This document shows, one piece after another, positions 10,665 to 20,738 of a stretch of 64,000 bases of DNA. The number at the start of each line of letters is the position of its first letter. Position 1 is the stretch's first letter. The notes below the pieces were generated by a model that had not been told where the DNA came from, ran no database searches, and worked only from the letters and a program-made list of their open reading frames with translations. A program made the position numbers and the translations under genes. Where the stretch lies: NCBI GenBank assembly GCA_963804165.1, contig CAWDPO010000045.1, positions 245,643 to 309,642 of the forward strand, in the 5' to 3' direction. Origin of the DNA: an uncultured delta proteobacterium. Its GTDB lineage: Bacteria; Desulfobacterota; Binatia; UBA9968.

Positions 10665-11231
10665 AGAGTGAACTCCTGGTCTCGATAGGAATCATCTAGA
10701 AAAGAAGGCTATGACAAGAAAGGTCGAAGCGTCAAGAAGATCATCGCCGGGGGATTTTAGCGCAAGGCTCGAGGTGGTCACTTGGCAACATTGATTGTGA
10801 ATTCGCGGCACGGCAGCGCCATTAAGCGTCCCCCGGTTAACCCCTGGCGAGAAGCCTCATGCGGAGCGCGCCGTGATTTTTCTCCCAAACCCGGAAGTGT
10901 GATCCGGAGACGCTGGTGAGAAAACCCTTTCGCTCACAGCCGAGGTACTCGTAAAACCCTTTATTCGAGCCGCTAAGCTCGGTGACCTCGCTGCGCATGA
11001 TCCCCGTCGGCTTTATGTCCCCGTGCACGATCTTTGCTACTCTTCAGGATACAGCTTGTTATCCCGGTGCTTTAAGGAGTGATTTGGAATTACTGACAAC
11101 ATTGCTTTCGCTTCGTCGCACGCCTGAACGGAAATTTTACAATGAGTGACAATTTGACAGACGATTTTGTCTAACCAGGAAAGATATGCGCGCAATCGAA
11201 CTGCTCTGACCTAAACTCACCACGAAACCAT

Positions 11232-13373
11232 ATGATTTCTATGAACTCACAGTCGTCCGCTGCCGAAAAAATCGGTGAATTGTTGGCCCGTGAAGGTTTG
11301 CTGAGCCGCGATCAGTTGGAACGCAGCATCGAGGCTCAGAAAGAAGATTATCCGTCCGTGCCCTTGGGTAAAGTTTGTGTGACCCTCGGCTTCGTGTCTT
11401 CAGCTGAACTGGCAGGCGTTCTCGTCAAGCATCGCCGCCACATTCACATCGGCGAACTTTTGGTGCACCTTGGACTGCTTCCCACGGAACAGCTGCAGGA
11501 AATACTTGAATGTCAGATCAGACTTCACCCAAAAAAGAAACTCGGCGAGCTGCTCATCGAAAGAGGCTTGATTGACGAGGCGACTCTCATTCGCGCGTTG
11601 TACAAGCAATCGCAGCAGACCAATCCGCCCGGTAAACGCACGGGAGGCAAGTTTGCGCCGTTGATCATCTCCGGTCGTCTGCAGCCGCAAGAACTTGATG
11701 CCATGGTCAGGATCGCCGAGAGCAAGCATGTCCCTGTGGAAACAGTCCTGATGCAACAAAAACAGGTAACGAAGCAAGAACTGGGAGCAGCTTTGAGCGC
11801 GTATTATCAGTGCCCGTTCAAAGAATACGACGAGAAGGTTCTACTTGCTCCGGAATGCGTGAGCGGCATCAATCCCAGTTATCTCAAGACGAATTATTGG
11901 ATCCCGCTGCGCGTCACCGACAAAACCGTCGACGTGCTGATCGATGATCCCCACGCCCACGACCGGATCCAGGATATAAAGCGCCTGTATCCCGGGAAAA
12001 AAATAAAATGTCTGGTCGGATTGCGCGACGATATTCTTCAATACGTGAATGCAGTGAGCACCGGGCAATTTGGCGCTCACCCCCGCGAGTCTGTGTCGAC
12101 GATTCTTGGCCAACTGGACGGCCAGGATGAAGACCCGTCGGAAACGAACATCGAGCTGCTCATTAATGAAAACGACAGCGCCATTGTGCGTCTGGTCAAT
12201 CAAGTGATCGTTGACGCCTGGAACCAACGGGTTTCGGATATTCACATTGAGCCGCAAGGTAGCCAGCGTGAAACTCGAATAAGATTTCGTGTCGATGGGC
12301 GGTGCTTTGAATACTTGCAAGTCCCCGCCGTCTATCGACGCGCGGTGGTGTCCAGACTCAAAATTATGGCCGGACTGGACATCGCAGAACGGCGCAAACC
12401 GCAGGACGGGAAAATTAAATTCCAACTCGGTGATCGGTTCATCGAATTACGAGTGGCAACGATCCCGACCTCCGGCGCCGGCAATGAAGATATCGTGATG
12501 CGGATTCTCGCCGCCGAGGAGCCGATTCCGCTGGACCGTTTGAAGATGACACCGCGCAACTTGCGCGAATTCCGCAGCCTGCTCGATAAACCCTACGGTT
12601 TGATCCTTTGCGTCGGGCCGACGGGCTCAGGAAAAACCACAACGCTCCATTCAGCTCTCGGCGCGATCAATACCACTGACCGAAAGATTTGGACTGCCGA
12701 GGATCCCGTGGAAATCACGCAGCCCGGCCTACGCCAAGTTCAAGTGAATGCCAAAATCGGCTTCAATTTCGCCGCCGCGATGCGCGCGTTTCTGCGCGCC
12801 GATCCGGACATCATCATGGTCGGCGAAATTCGCGATCATGAAACCGCCGAAGTGGCGATCGAGGCTTCGCTGACCGGCCATCTGGTTTTGAGCACGCTCC
12901 ATACCAACAGCGCAGTCGAAACGGTCACCCGGTTGCTTGAAATGGACATCGATCCGTTCAACTTCGCAGACTCGCTACTCGGCGTGCTGGCGCAGCGCCT
13001 GGCGCGAACTCTATGCCATGAATGTCGAGAGCCGTACCATCCGCCCAAGGAGGAATACGACGCACTGGCCTACGGCTTCGGCGAAGATTCATTCGCGCAA
13101 TTAGGAATCGCCTACGATGACAAGTTTAAGCTTTACCGCGGCAAAGGTTGCCCGTCCTGTCGCGATACCGGCTACAAGGGCCGAATTGGTTTGCACGAGC
13201 TGCTGCTCGTCACCGACGAAATCAAGAAACTTATACATACGCGGGCAACTGTGACAGACCTGTTTAAGATCGCGCAGGCTCAGGAAATGACCACACTGGT
13301 CCAAGACGGCGTGTTAAAAGTCCTGCAAGGCTGGACTGACTACGCCCAAATCAAAGCCGCCGCGACAAGATAA
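11232..13373 (+). CDS. GspE/PulE/PilB-family secretion or pilus ATPase with tandem N-terminal MshEN-like repeats
   Basis: SDIHIEP, ERRKPQDG, Walker A GPTGSGKTTT, EDPVE, RADPDIIMVGEIRD, TGHLVLSTLHTN, CHEC..CPSC Zn motif. Confidence 0.93.
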   Translation: MISMNSQSSAAEKIGELLAREGLLSRDQLERSIEAQKEDYPSVPLGKVCVTLGFVSSAELAGVLVKHRRHIHIGELLVHLGLLPTEQLQEILECQIRLHPKKKLGELLIERGLIDEATLIRALYKQSQQTNPPGKRTGGKFAPLIISGRLQPQELDAMVRIAESKHVPVETVLMQQKQVTKQELGAALSAYYQCPFKEYDEKVLLAPECVSGINPSYLKTNYWIPLRVTDKTVDVLIDDPHAHDRIQDIKRLYPGKKIKCLVGLRDDILQYVNAVSTGQFGAHPRESVSTILGQLDGQDEDPSETNIELLINENDSAIVRLVNQVIVDAWNQRVSDIHIEPQGSQRETRIRFRVDGRCFEYLQVPAVYRRAVVSRLKIMAGLDIAERRKPQDGKIKFQLGDRFIELRVATIPTSGAGNEDIVMRILAAEEPIPLDRLKMTPRNLREFRSLLDKPYGLILCVGPTGSGKTTTLHSALGAINTTDRKIWTAEDPVEITQPGLRQVQVNAKIGFNFAAAMRAFLRADPDIIMVGEIRDHETAEVAIEASLTGHLVLSTLHTNSAVETVTRLLEMDIDPFNFADSLLGVLAQRLARTLCHECREPYHPPKEEYDALAYGFGEDSFAQLGIAYDDKFKLYRGKGCPSCRDTGYKGRIGLHELLLVTDEIKKLIHTRATVTDLFKIAQAQEMTTLVQDGVLKVLQGWTDYAQIKAAATR

Positions 13374-13460
13374 CGCTCGAGGGATAACACCTGGCAAGCC
13401 TGAGCGATCGTCGCCACACTGAAAGTGAATATCAATCGCGCCGACGCCGAGGGACCCCAA

Positions 13461-13575
13461 TTACTTTCGTAGTTTTTCAATGAAGCCGCTCTTCTTGAGA
13501 TCGTCGAGGAGGCCCGGTTCGAACACTCGGAGGGTCTCCGGTGTTTGACCCTTGGCTTTTGGATTCGGCTTGGTG
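13461..13575 (-). pseudogene. C-terminal remnant of an SsuA/THI5-like substrate-binding protein
   Basis: Unlisted frame reads KPNPKAKGQTPETLRVFEPGLLDDLKKSGFIEKLRK-stop, matching the SBP termini at 6664 and 7670; upstream in-frame stop, no N-terminus. Confidence 0.65.
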
Positions 13576-13670
13576 ATCAAGAAATATATTCGCGCCGCGA
13601 TTGGCGTCCAGGTAGCTGAGCTTGATCATGAGACAGTCTGCCCCGACACGAACACAAATCACGAACGCGG

Positions 13671-14111
13671 TCACGATTTCACGATTTCCTCATACGTCGG
13701 CGTCGGCATCCCGGCCTTCCAGCTCGCGTCGCGCAGCTCGATGCGATTCCCGCTGGGATCGAGCACAAAGAGTTGTCTGCCGGTGAAAAATCCACCTGGA
13801 CGGTAATCGACGGGCTCTTGAATCTTGATGCCAAGCCGATGAAAGAGTTTACAGGCTTGATTGAACATCTCCGGGCTGACATCGAAGGCGTGATGCAAAC
13901 GACCGTCCTGCTCTACCGTGCGCAGAAGCGGCTCTTTCCGTTGGCACAGAAGAATATTGTGAGGACCGAGCTTGAAGCACGACATCGGCGAATTGGCGAG
14001 TCTACCGACGTGTTCCAGGCCAAGAACCTCGCCATAGAATATCTCCGCTTCCTCCAAATTATTCACCGGAATCGACCAGTGAACCACCGCGTCAAGTTTG
14101 AGCATGCCCAT
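13671..14111 (-). CDS. VOC (glyoxalase/bleomycin resistance/dioxygenase) family protein
   Basis: VVHWSIPVNNLEEAEIFYGEVLG, HHAF, DPSGNRIEL. Confidence 0.88.
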   Translation of the reverse strand: MGMLKLDAVVHWSIPVNNLEEAEIFYGEVLGLEHVGRLANSPMSCFKLGPHNILLCQRKEPLLRTVEQDGRLHHAFDVSPEMFNQACKLFHRLGIKIQEPVDYRPGGFFTGRQLFVLDPSGNRIELRDASWKAGMPTPTYEEIVKS

Positions 14112-14280
14112 GAGTATTCCCCTTTCGAGCTTCACTTAGCGCATTCGCCGATACCTGTCTAGACAATACCGATCACGTATCCAAGCGTCCTATTCCGTTC
14201 CTTCAGCCTTCATCGTCGTTGACTTCTTGTCCCCCTTGCACCTAAATTCGAGGCGCTCGATCGCATGAGCAACGGAGGGA

Positions 14281-15255
14281 ATGATGGCAAATCGAACAAT
14301 AACGATTGGCTGCCGCGATTACGATCACACCCGCGCGCTGGCCGACGGCAGAGTCAAAGTGGACGGCGTCGACCTGAAATTCGTCAACATCTCACCGCCC
14401 TCGCAAATCTTTTTGCGCATGCTCCACGATGAAGAGTTCGACGCCTCGGAGATGTCGTTGTCCAATTACATGATTGCGCTCGGCAAGAACGATCGCCGAT
14501 TCGTGGCGATCCCGGTTTTTCCGTCCCGGGTTTTCCGCCATTCCTATATCTGGATCAATACCCGGGCCGGGATCACCAAGCCGGAGGATTTGAAAGGCAG
14601 AAGGGTCGGCATCGCTGACTATTCGATGACCGCTCTACTGTTCGTGCGCGGATTATTGCAGCATCAGTACGGCGTCGCGCCGCAAGATATTCATTGGTTT
14701 CGCCGACGTTCCGAACATTTATCCATCGAAATTCCACCGGGGATCCGGATCGACAGCATCGCCAAGGATCAGACTCTTGATGCTCTGCTTGAAGCGGCTG
14801 AACTCGACGCCCTTGCCGTCACCCAGCCGCCGCGCGCGTTTCTTGCGGGCTCATCTGTCGTCAAGCGTCTGTTCGCCGATGTCCGCTCCGTCGAAGCCGA
14901 ATATTATCGCCAGACGCAAATTTTTCCGATCATGCATATGGTGGTGATTCGCCGCGCGATCTACGAGCAAGATCCGAACCTCGCGCTCCGTCTGACGCAA
15001 GGTTTCGAAGCGGCAAAACATATCGCCTTCGAAGGTTATGAAGAAGGCTTGTCGTCGCTGCCCTGGGTGAATTTGGATTTAGAATACGCCCGGCAAGTCT
15101 TAGGTAAGGATGTTTATCCGTACGGCGTGAAAACGAATCTGCCAACCCTGAACGCGGCGACACAATATTCCCACGAACAAGGATTGACCCCGAGACAATT
15201 TGCCGTGAACGAATTATTCGCGCCGGAAACTTTAGAGCTATTTGCCGCGGATTGA
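14281..15255 (+). CDS. 4,5-dihydroxyphthalate decarboxylase-like protein
   Basis: YDHTRALADGRVKVDG, EFDASEMSLS, IPVFPSRVFRHS, IFPIMHMVVIRR, YSHEQGL. Confidence 0.85.
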   Translation: MMANRTITIGCRDYDHTRALADGRVKVDGVDLKFVNISPPSQIFLRMLHDEEFDASEMSLSNYMIALGKNDRRFVAIPVFPSRVFRHSYIWINTRAGITKPEDLKGRRVGIADYSMTALLFVRGLLQHQYGVAPQDIHWFRRRSEHLSIEIPPGIRIDSIAKDQTLDALLEAAELDALAVTQPPRAFLAGSSVVKRLFADVRSVEAEYYRQTQIFPIMHMVVIRRAIYEQDPNLALRLTQGFEAAKHIAFEGYEEGLSSLPWVNLDLEYARQVLGKDVYPYGVKTNLPTLNAATQYSHEQGLTPRQFAVNELFAPETLELFAAD

Positions 15256-15272
15256 CCGGGGTCTTCGCTTAT

Positions 15273-16292
15273 TTACTGTCTCGCTCTTCGCCGCAGCTCT
15301 GCCAAGAAGCCGCCGGATTCAAGATTGCCGACGAATTTTGCGTCGATGATCTGATCGAGATCGACTTGATTGATCTTCGGATTTAGACGCCCGACGATGC
15401 GCTGCACCGATTTATAGGCGGCCGGATTGGGTGCTAAATCTAAAGTGGTCATCAGCCGCAGCACCTTATACGAAGCTTCCGCCTCGTCGATTTTGGATAG
15501 CCGGAGATTTTTTTGTAGGACCTTGAGAACTTCGCTTTTGTTGCCGTTTTCAAGAATGAATGCGCTGGATTCGGCCAACCCTTTGGCGAAACGGAGAAAA
15601 AAATCAGCACGGTTTGTAATCACATCCTTGAGCGCACATAGACTCGGCCCTTGATACGGCGCCTTGAGCTCGGCGGCGTCGGCCAATGAGCGAAATCCCG
15701 CTTTGAGTGGCGCTTCGCTCAAACCATACGTCATCGCCGCGACGTCGATATTCCCCGCCATCAGCGCCTGGGCGATCACCTGCCCGTCACCAATGACGCG
15801 AATCTTTAGGTCGAACTTATCGGGATCGACGCCGAGGTGATCGAGGATGATCATCGTCTGCAACCAAAAGCCGCCGCCGATACTCTGCACGCCGACGCTT
15901 CGCCCGCGTAAATCTTCGACGCTTTTGATTTCTTTACGGACAATCAAACTACGGGGAATCTTGTTGATCGCGCTGGCGATGCAACTAAGTTTGACGCCGC
16001 CGGAGACCGTGCTCAGGATCGTCGATTGCGCCGGATAGACGGCCTCGACTTCTTTCGCCACCAGGGTGGCTACGCTGAGTGCGCCAGTGCGCACTTGGAT
16101 CATGGAAGCTTCAATGCCGTATTTTTTGAAAAATCCCTTTTCAATACCGACCCACATCGGTGCCGCGGTCTCGTTGTAACCGCCGTAGGAGACGCGGAAG
16201 GTTTCTTGAGCATAGCAAATGGTGTGAGAGAACCACGTCAGGCCGATAAGCCCAAGGCCGGCGAGTATATTAATACCGCGCGTTAGAAACAT
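15273..16292 (-). CDS. ABC-type substrate-binding protein, SsuA/THI5-like
   Basis: Signal peptide, KGFFKKYGIE, DLRGRSVGV; GGAGG RBS. Confidence 0.88.
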   Translation of the reverse strand: MFLTRGINILAGLGLIGLTWFSHTICYAQETFRVSYGGYNETAAPMWVGIEKGFFKKYGIEASMIQVRTGALSVATLVAKEVEAVYPAQSTILSTVSGGVKLSCIASAINKIPRSLIVRKEIKSVEDLRGRSVGVQSIGGGFWLQTMIILDHLGVDPDKFDLKIRVIGDGQVIAQALMAGNIDVAAMTYGLSEAPLKAGFRSLADAAELKAPYQGPSLCALKDVITNRADFFLRFAKGLAESSAFILENGNKSEVLKVLQKNLRLSKIDEAEASYKVLRLMTTLDLAPNPAAYKSVQRIVGRLNPKINQVDLDQIIDAKFVGNLESGGFLAELRRRARQ

Positions 16293-16358
16293 ACTCAACC
16301 CTCCTCGGAGCAAACCGCAATTTTAGTTCGCCGGACACCGTTGCCCACAAGTTTCTCA

Positions 16359-17120
16359 CTACCCGCCAGCGATCTGACGCGCACCGTTAGCGCGTAAACT
16401 CTCCATTAATCGACCAAAACCTGAGCGGCAATCATTAATTTTCAGCGCCTTGAGCGCGCCCCAGACCATGGCCGCCGGCGCGGCTACGACTGTCTTTCCC
16501 GTGTCGGCTTCCAGTGCCGCGATGATGTCGACGGACGGCCAGCGCGGGCACGCGATATAAATCGCATCTGTGTCCGGGTGCTCGCGCGCTAATCCGCGAG
16601 CGAGATTGAAAGCGGCTTCGGGCGATTGACTGGCGAAGTCGATGTTTTTTACCAGTCCAAGGCCCGCGGTCGCCGGGACTTTAAAACCGCTGGCTTTGAG
16701 AAACGAGCGAATCTCTTGATTGCGCGCTTCGATAAAGGGACTGATGGCAATCACTGACCGCGCGCCCAACGAACGAAGCGCTTCCACGACCGCGCCATTA
16801 GCCATCACGACGGGTAATTGGGTTTCGCGCCGGAGCAACTCCGACAATTCGGCGTCACCCGCCGGGCCTTTCGACAATGCCACGGGAGCGCCGCCGCAGA
16901 TGAGCACGTCGACTTTCTCCGCGGCCAGTCTTTTACCGGCGTCCACCATCTGCACGAAAGCCGATGCCGCCTGTTCCGCGCCCAAGGTCTGGATCGGTTC
17001 GCTGATCGTGAGACCAACGTGAAGTACGCCTTCGGGCAATAGTTTGCGCATTTCTTCACCCGAGGTGTCAAGAATCGCCGGAGCGATGTGTCCAACTCGA
17101 GCACGCCATCCGTAACGCAT
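16359..17120 (-). CDS. Maleate cis-trans isomerase / arylmalonate decarboxylase family protein
   Basis: YGWRARVG, DAIYIACPRW, ALEADTGKTVV, FGRLM. Confidence 0.85.
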   Translation of the reverse strand: MRYGWRARVGHIAPAILDTSGEEMRKLLPEGVLHVGLTISEPIQTLGAEQAASAFVQMVDAGKRLAAEKVDVLICGGAPVALSKGPAGDAELSELLRRETQLPVVMANGAVVEALRSLGARSVIAISPFIEARNQEIRSFLKASGFKVPATAGLGLVKNIDFASQSPEAAFNLARGLAREHPDTDAIYIACPRWPSVDIIAALEADTGKTVVAAPAAMVWGALKALKINDCRSGFGRLMESLRANGARQIAGG

Positions 17121-17564
17121 ATCTTTTAACCTTTCGCTGTTTTTCCGTTTACACGTTGATCTGCCGAGCGTCGCGCGATTTCACACTATGCGTGCTCGCA
17201 ACTCGCCGCATGTCAGCGCCCTCGCATTCTGAGCGATGCCGCTGCGACCCTAACAAAGCCGTTTCGCCAGTGTCAATCGATCACCTGCAAAATTGCCCCG
17301 GCGCTTCTATATCCAAAAAATTCACGCGAGCGCGAAGCCAAAATAGATTACTCCGCAGGGACTGACGGGGTATCAGAAAACATAACGATGAGAATCCATC
17401 CCAACGTCACCCACGTGAATCGGGAGGCCAATTGGACCTCGCTTGGATTCCCGCTAGAAACATTCGAAAATGACAAACTCTAAGTAGGCTGGAACAGCTC
17501 CTTGCGGCAAGGTGTGGGGGGAGAATCAAACCGGCAATCATTGAATGTAGCTATTTTCTCACAC

Positions 17565-17600
17565 AAAAAAGGGCCCATGCCGAAACGACATGGGCCCTTT
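17565..17600 (-). terminator. Rho-independent terminator of pal
   Basis: Minus strand GGGCCCATGTCG-TTT-CGGCATGGGCCC followed by TTTTTT, about 30 nt after the pal stop. Confidence 0.85.
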
Positions 17601-17629
17601 GGAAAAAGCGATCGTAGCTGGTGAGCTTG

Positions 17630-18205
17630 TCAGGACACCGGTTTATCTCCCGAGACAGCAAACCTTGCACGGCGGTTTTTCACCCAGCACTCTTCGTTAT
17701 GCTCTTTACACACCGGGATCTCTTCGCCGTAGCTAATCGTCGATACGCGATTCGCGACAATTCCTAAAGTTACGAGATAATCCATTGCGGCTTGCGCGCG
17801 CTTCGCACCGAGCGCCATGTTGTAGTCGGCTGCGCCACGTTCATCGCAATGGCCTTCGATCTGCACCCGCGCTGACGGATTGCTTTTGAGCCATTCGGCA
17901 TTCGCTTTTAACGTCGCGCGCGCCGTTTCGGATAAATCAGCGCTGTCAAAATTAAACCCGATGTCCTTCAACGGCCCGGCAGCGGCACTCTCGCCTTTGC
18001 GCAAAGCGTCTAAACTGGAAGCCGTACTCGCCTCGGGCTTAGGTGCCGGTTTCGCGGCCGCGCTCGGCGCACCCGACGAAGCAGTGGGATTTTCCGCCGT
18101 CCATTTTGGCGTCGGTGGATTGGCAGGACTCCCACAAGCAAACAGCAAGGAAACGGTCAATAAACTCACACCATAGCTCAATAACGGCATTCTTTCCCTC
18201 ATCAT
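17630..18205 (-). CDS. pal: Peptidoglycan-associated lipoprotein (OmpA-like C domain)
   Basis: Lipobox LLFAC, FNFDSA, IEGHCDERG..YNMALGAKRA, SYGEE.P, KNRRA. Confidence 0.9.
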   Translation of the reverse strand: MMRERMPLLSYGVSLLTVSLLFACGSPANPPTPKWTAENPTASSGAPSAAAKPAPKPEASTASSLDALRKGESAAAGPLKDIGFNFDSADLSETARATLKANAEWLKSNPSARVQIEGHCDERGAADYNMALGAKRAQAAMDYLVTLGIVANRVSTISYGEEIPVCKEHNEECWVKNRRARFAVSGDKPVS

Positions 18206-18247
18206 ATTCCGCCTTTCCCGTCCGTATTGGACTGATTTGACTGCTTA

Positions 18248-18276
18248 ATTCTGAAGCATTGTATTCAAGGTGTCAA
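18248..18276 (-). promoter_or_regulatory. Putative sigma70 promoter of pal
   Basis: Minus strand TTGACA-N17-CAGAAT. Confidence 0.5.
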
Positions 18277-18372
18277 CCATTGCAGGCATCAAAACGAAAT
18301 TATATTGATAAAACTCGCCGTGCCTGGTTTTCATAAAATCGAAGATAATTCGGCCAATTACGACAATATGAC

Positions 18373-19542
18373 CTAGCCAGGCGTCACTAGACGGACCCCA
18401 TACAACTTTGCCTCGTCAACTTGCAGCTGACGCCAGTGATCACCGCCGTCGCGCGTTGCACAGATTGTCCCATCTGTATACGCGACGCAAAGCGAATCAC
18501 CGTCCTGCGGATTTATGGCAAATCCGCACGTCATGTGCCCAGAAGCGGCTGGTAATCCGTCTGTAAGAAAGCGCCAAGACTTGCCAGCGTCGTCGCTTCG
18601 TAAAATCTGCGTCCGAGCCCCGCCGGTCTCGACGGACGTGTCGCGGCTGAAGCGGACCGTGTTATAGGGCCCGGCGCGAACCGTGCGGTGGCCTTTCCAT
18701 GAAGTCGGCCCATTTTCCGCCGCGCCGAGATAAATTCGATCCGGGGCCGCAGGATGATTGGTCATTGGAATCGCATAGGCCCGGCCCATGCCGTATTCCA
18801 GCTTCTCCCAGAACCTCCCGCCGTCATCGGTTCGGTATGTGCCGATCCCCGTGCTGACGTAGATCGTTTGCAAACGCGTCGGATGGCGCATCACCCAATG
18901 CACGTCGCGATACACGCGGCCGTCTTCATGCTTACCCATTTGATAGGGTAAAATTCCCGCGGGATCATTGTATTCCGGAAATGCCATCGCGCTCGAAGGT
19001 CCGCTGATGTCCTCCCAAGTCTCGCCGCGATCACGGCTGCGCACAACTCCACCTTCTTCGATGCCGACTAAGATTTCGTCCGGCACCCGCGCATCGAGGG
19101 TGATGCAGCGCACATGGGGAGTATGCGGCGGCGGCGGGAATGTCCATTTGCTATATTCGGGCAGATTACGGAAAACCGAGAGCTCGCGAAAAGAGCGACC
19201 GCCATTTTCGCTCACGTAGATTGCCGCCGGTAGCGTACCGACATAAATTTCGTTCGGACGCGTCGGATGAACCGCCATCGCCCAGATGTCCCGATAATCG
19301 AGGCCGCCCGACGGCAACCATTTCCAAGTCTCGCCACCGTCCTCGCTTACGTGAATCTCGGTCAACGTCGCGGCATACAAACGCTTAGGATCAAATGGAT
19401 CCCGTGCAAGCTCGCGCAGCGTTTCACCCTCCAGCGCGCTGCTGAGTTTCTCAACGCGCTCAGATTCACCGTCCCAGCGACAGCGCACTAGCCCGTCGGC
19501 TTTCAGTAGAAATAAGCTCAATGGTCCATTGGTCGACGCCAT
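18373..19542 (-). CDS. BNR/Asp-box beta-propeller protein (YCF48/sialidase-like), cytoplasmic
   Basis: Repeated SxDGGxTW boxes (SEDGGETW, SENGGRSF, SRDRGETW, TDDGGRFW, SDDAGKSW, TRDGGDHW); AGGAGG RBS before ATG 19542. Confidence 0.82.
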   Translation of the reverse strand: MASTNGPLSLFLLKADGLVRCRWDGESERVEKLSSALEGETLRELARDPFDPKRLYAATLTEIHVSEDGGETWKWLPSGGLDYRDIWAMAVHPTRPNEIYVGTLPAAIYVSENGGRSFRELSVFRNLPEYSKWTFPPPPHTPHVRCITLDARVPDEILVGIEEGGVVRSRDRGETWEDISGPSSAMAFPEYNDPAGILPYQMGKHEDGRVYRDVHWVMRHPTRLQTIYVSTGIGTYRTDDGGRFWEKLEYGMGRAYAIPMTNHPAAPDRIYLGAAENGPTSWKGHRTVRAGPYNTVRFSRDTSVETGGARTQILRSDDAGKSWRFLTDGLPAASGHMTCGFAINPQDGDSLCVAYTDGTICATRDGGDHWRQLQVDEAKLYGVRLVTPG

Positions 19543-19710
19543 AAGAATTTCCTCCTTTAGCGTACATTCTCCCGTGGTGAGCGTCCCTGCAAACAATAGA
19601 GCAAACTGGAAACCATGGTCAAGGTGTCAGTGCCTTTTCGCGGAGTGGCAAATCGCATATTGACCACTGGATATTTCACCGCTTCTTGCATTAGATTAGG
19701 CGCTCTGAAC

Positions 19711-20583
19711 ATGCGCTCCGTCGAACCACCCAATCCGCACACGAGAACGCCCAAGCTCATCGCCCCGCCCGGCGCTTGCGATACGCATCTTCACGTTTAC
19801 GGTCCGAGGGACAATTACCCGCTGAACGCGGAAAGAAATTACGATCCCGATCCGCACTCGACGCTCGATGATTACTTGAAAATCCACCGCGCGCTCGGTC
19901 TGGAACGCGCCGTCATCGTCACTGGCAGCGCCAACGGCACCAACAACCGGATCACGCTCGACGCATTGCAACGCATGAAAGGAAATTTCAAAGGTCTCGC
20001 CCTGCTCGATCCGGCGATCATCGACACAGAGTTGCTGAAGCTGAAAGAAGTCGGCTTTACCGGTTTTCGCGTCAAAGCCAACGGTAAAGGCGGCTTGTCC
20101 TTCGAAGATACCAAGCGAATGATCGCGCGCAGCGTCGGTTTCAGCTGGCATATCGAGTTCATGTCTCAATCGATGGCGGAAGTGATCGACGCCGTGCCGT
20201 TCTTGAATTCACTCAAAGTACCCTACGTTTTCGATCACGTGGCGCACGCTGAGCCGCATCAACATGAGAGTGATCGCGAATTTGCCGAGCTGCTCGCCGT
20301 TCTGAGAAACGAAGAACATTCGTGGATCAACCTTTACAGCTTCTATCAATCGTCTGTAGCCGGACCGCCGGATTACGCCGACATGATCGGCGTCGTTCGT
20401 GAAATTATTGACGCGGCGCCGGATCGCGTCATTTGGGGCAGCAACTGGCCGCACGCGGGCATAGCCGTGCCGATGCCCAACGACGGCGATCTGCTCGACT
20501 TTTTACTAGCGGCAGCGCCGGATGAAAATGTTCGCAACCAAATCCTCGCCGACAACCCGGCGGCGCTTTATGGCTGGAAGTAA
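19711..20583 (+). CDS. Amidohydrolase family protein, LigI (2-pyrone-4,6-dicarboxylate lactonase)-like
   Basis: PPGACDTHLHVYGP, FDHVA, APDRVIWGSNWPH, ILADNPAALYG. Confidence 0.85.
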   Translation: MRSVEPPNPHTRTPKLIAPPGACDTHLHVYGPRDNYPLNAERNYDPDPHSTLDDYLKIHRALGLERAVIVTGSANGTNNRITLDALQRMKGNFKGLALLDPAIIDTELLKLKEVGFTGFRVKANGKGGLSFEDTKRMIARSVGFSWHIEFMSQSMAEVIDAVPFLNSLKVPYVFDHVAHAEPHQHESDREFAELLAVLRNEEHSWINLYSFYQSSVAGPPDYADMIGVVREIIDAAPDRVIWGSNWPHAGIAVPMPNDGDLLDFLLAAAPDENVRNQILADNPAALYGWK

Positions 20584-20622
20584 ACCGAGTGACAGTAAAT
20601 CTTGAAGATCGAATTATTCCCA

Positions 20623-20664
20623 TGGAACTATTTGAACGTTTTGAACGGCTTGAACGATTTGAAC
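20623..20664. repeat. 9-bp-period tandem repeat (TTGAACGnn)
   Basis: TTGAAC at 20632, 20641, 20650 and 20659, plus TGGAAC at 20623. Confidence 0.85.
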
Positions 20665-20738
20665 TTCATCGCCACGCGAACAACACCGCGGACCGCACGA
20701 TGTCGACGATATAATAAAATTACTAGGAGGGTTAAGAG

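Noticed and set aside
10837-11040. IVHGDIKPTGIM resembling a Ser/Thr kinase catalytic loop
   Set aside because: Only one short motif, lacks the Asn and DFG, and has a stop just upstream; chance or an unrecognisable relic
20623-20664. Tandem repeats as a CRISPR array
   Set aside because: 9-bp period, no spacers, no cas genes
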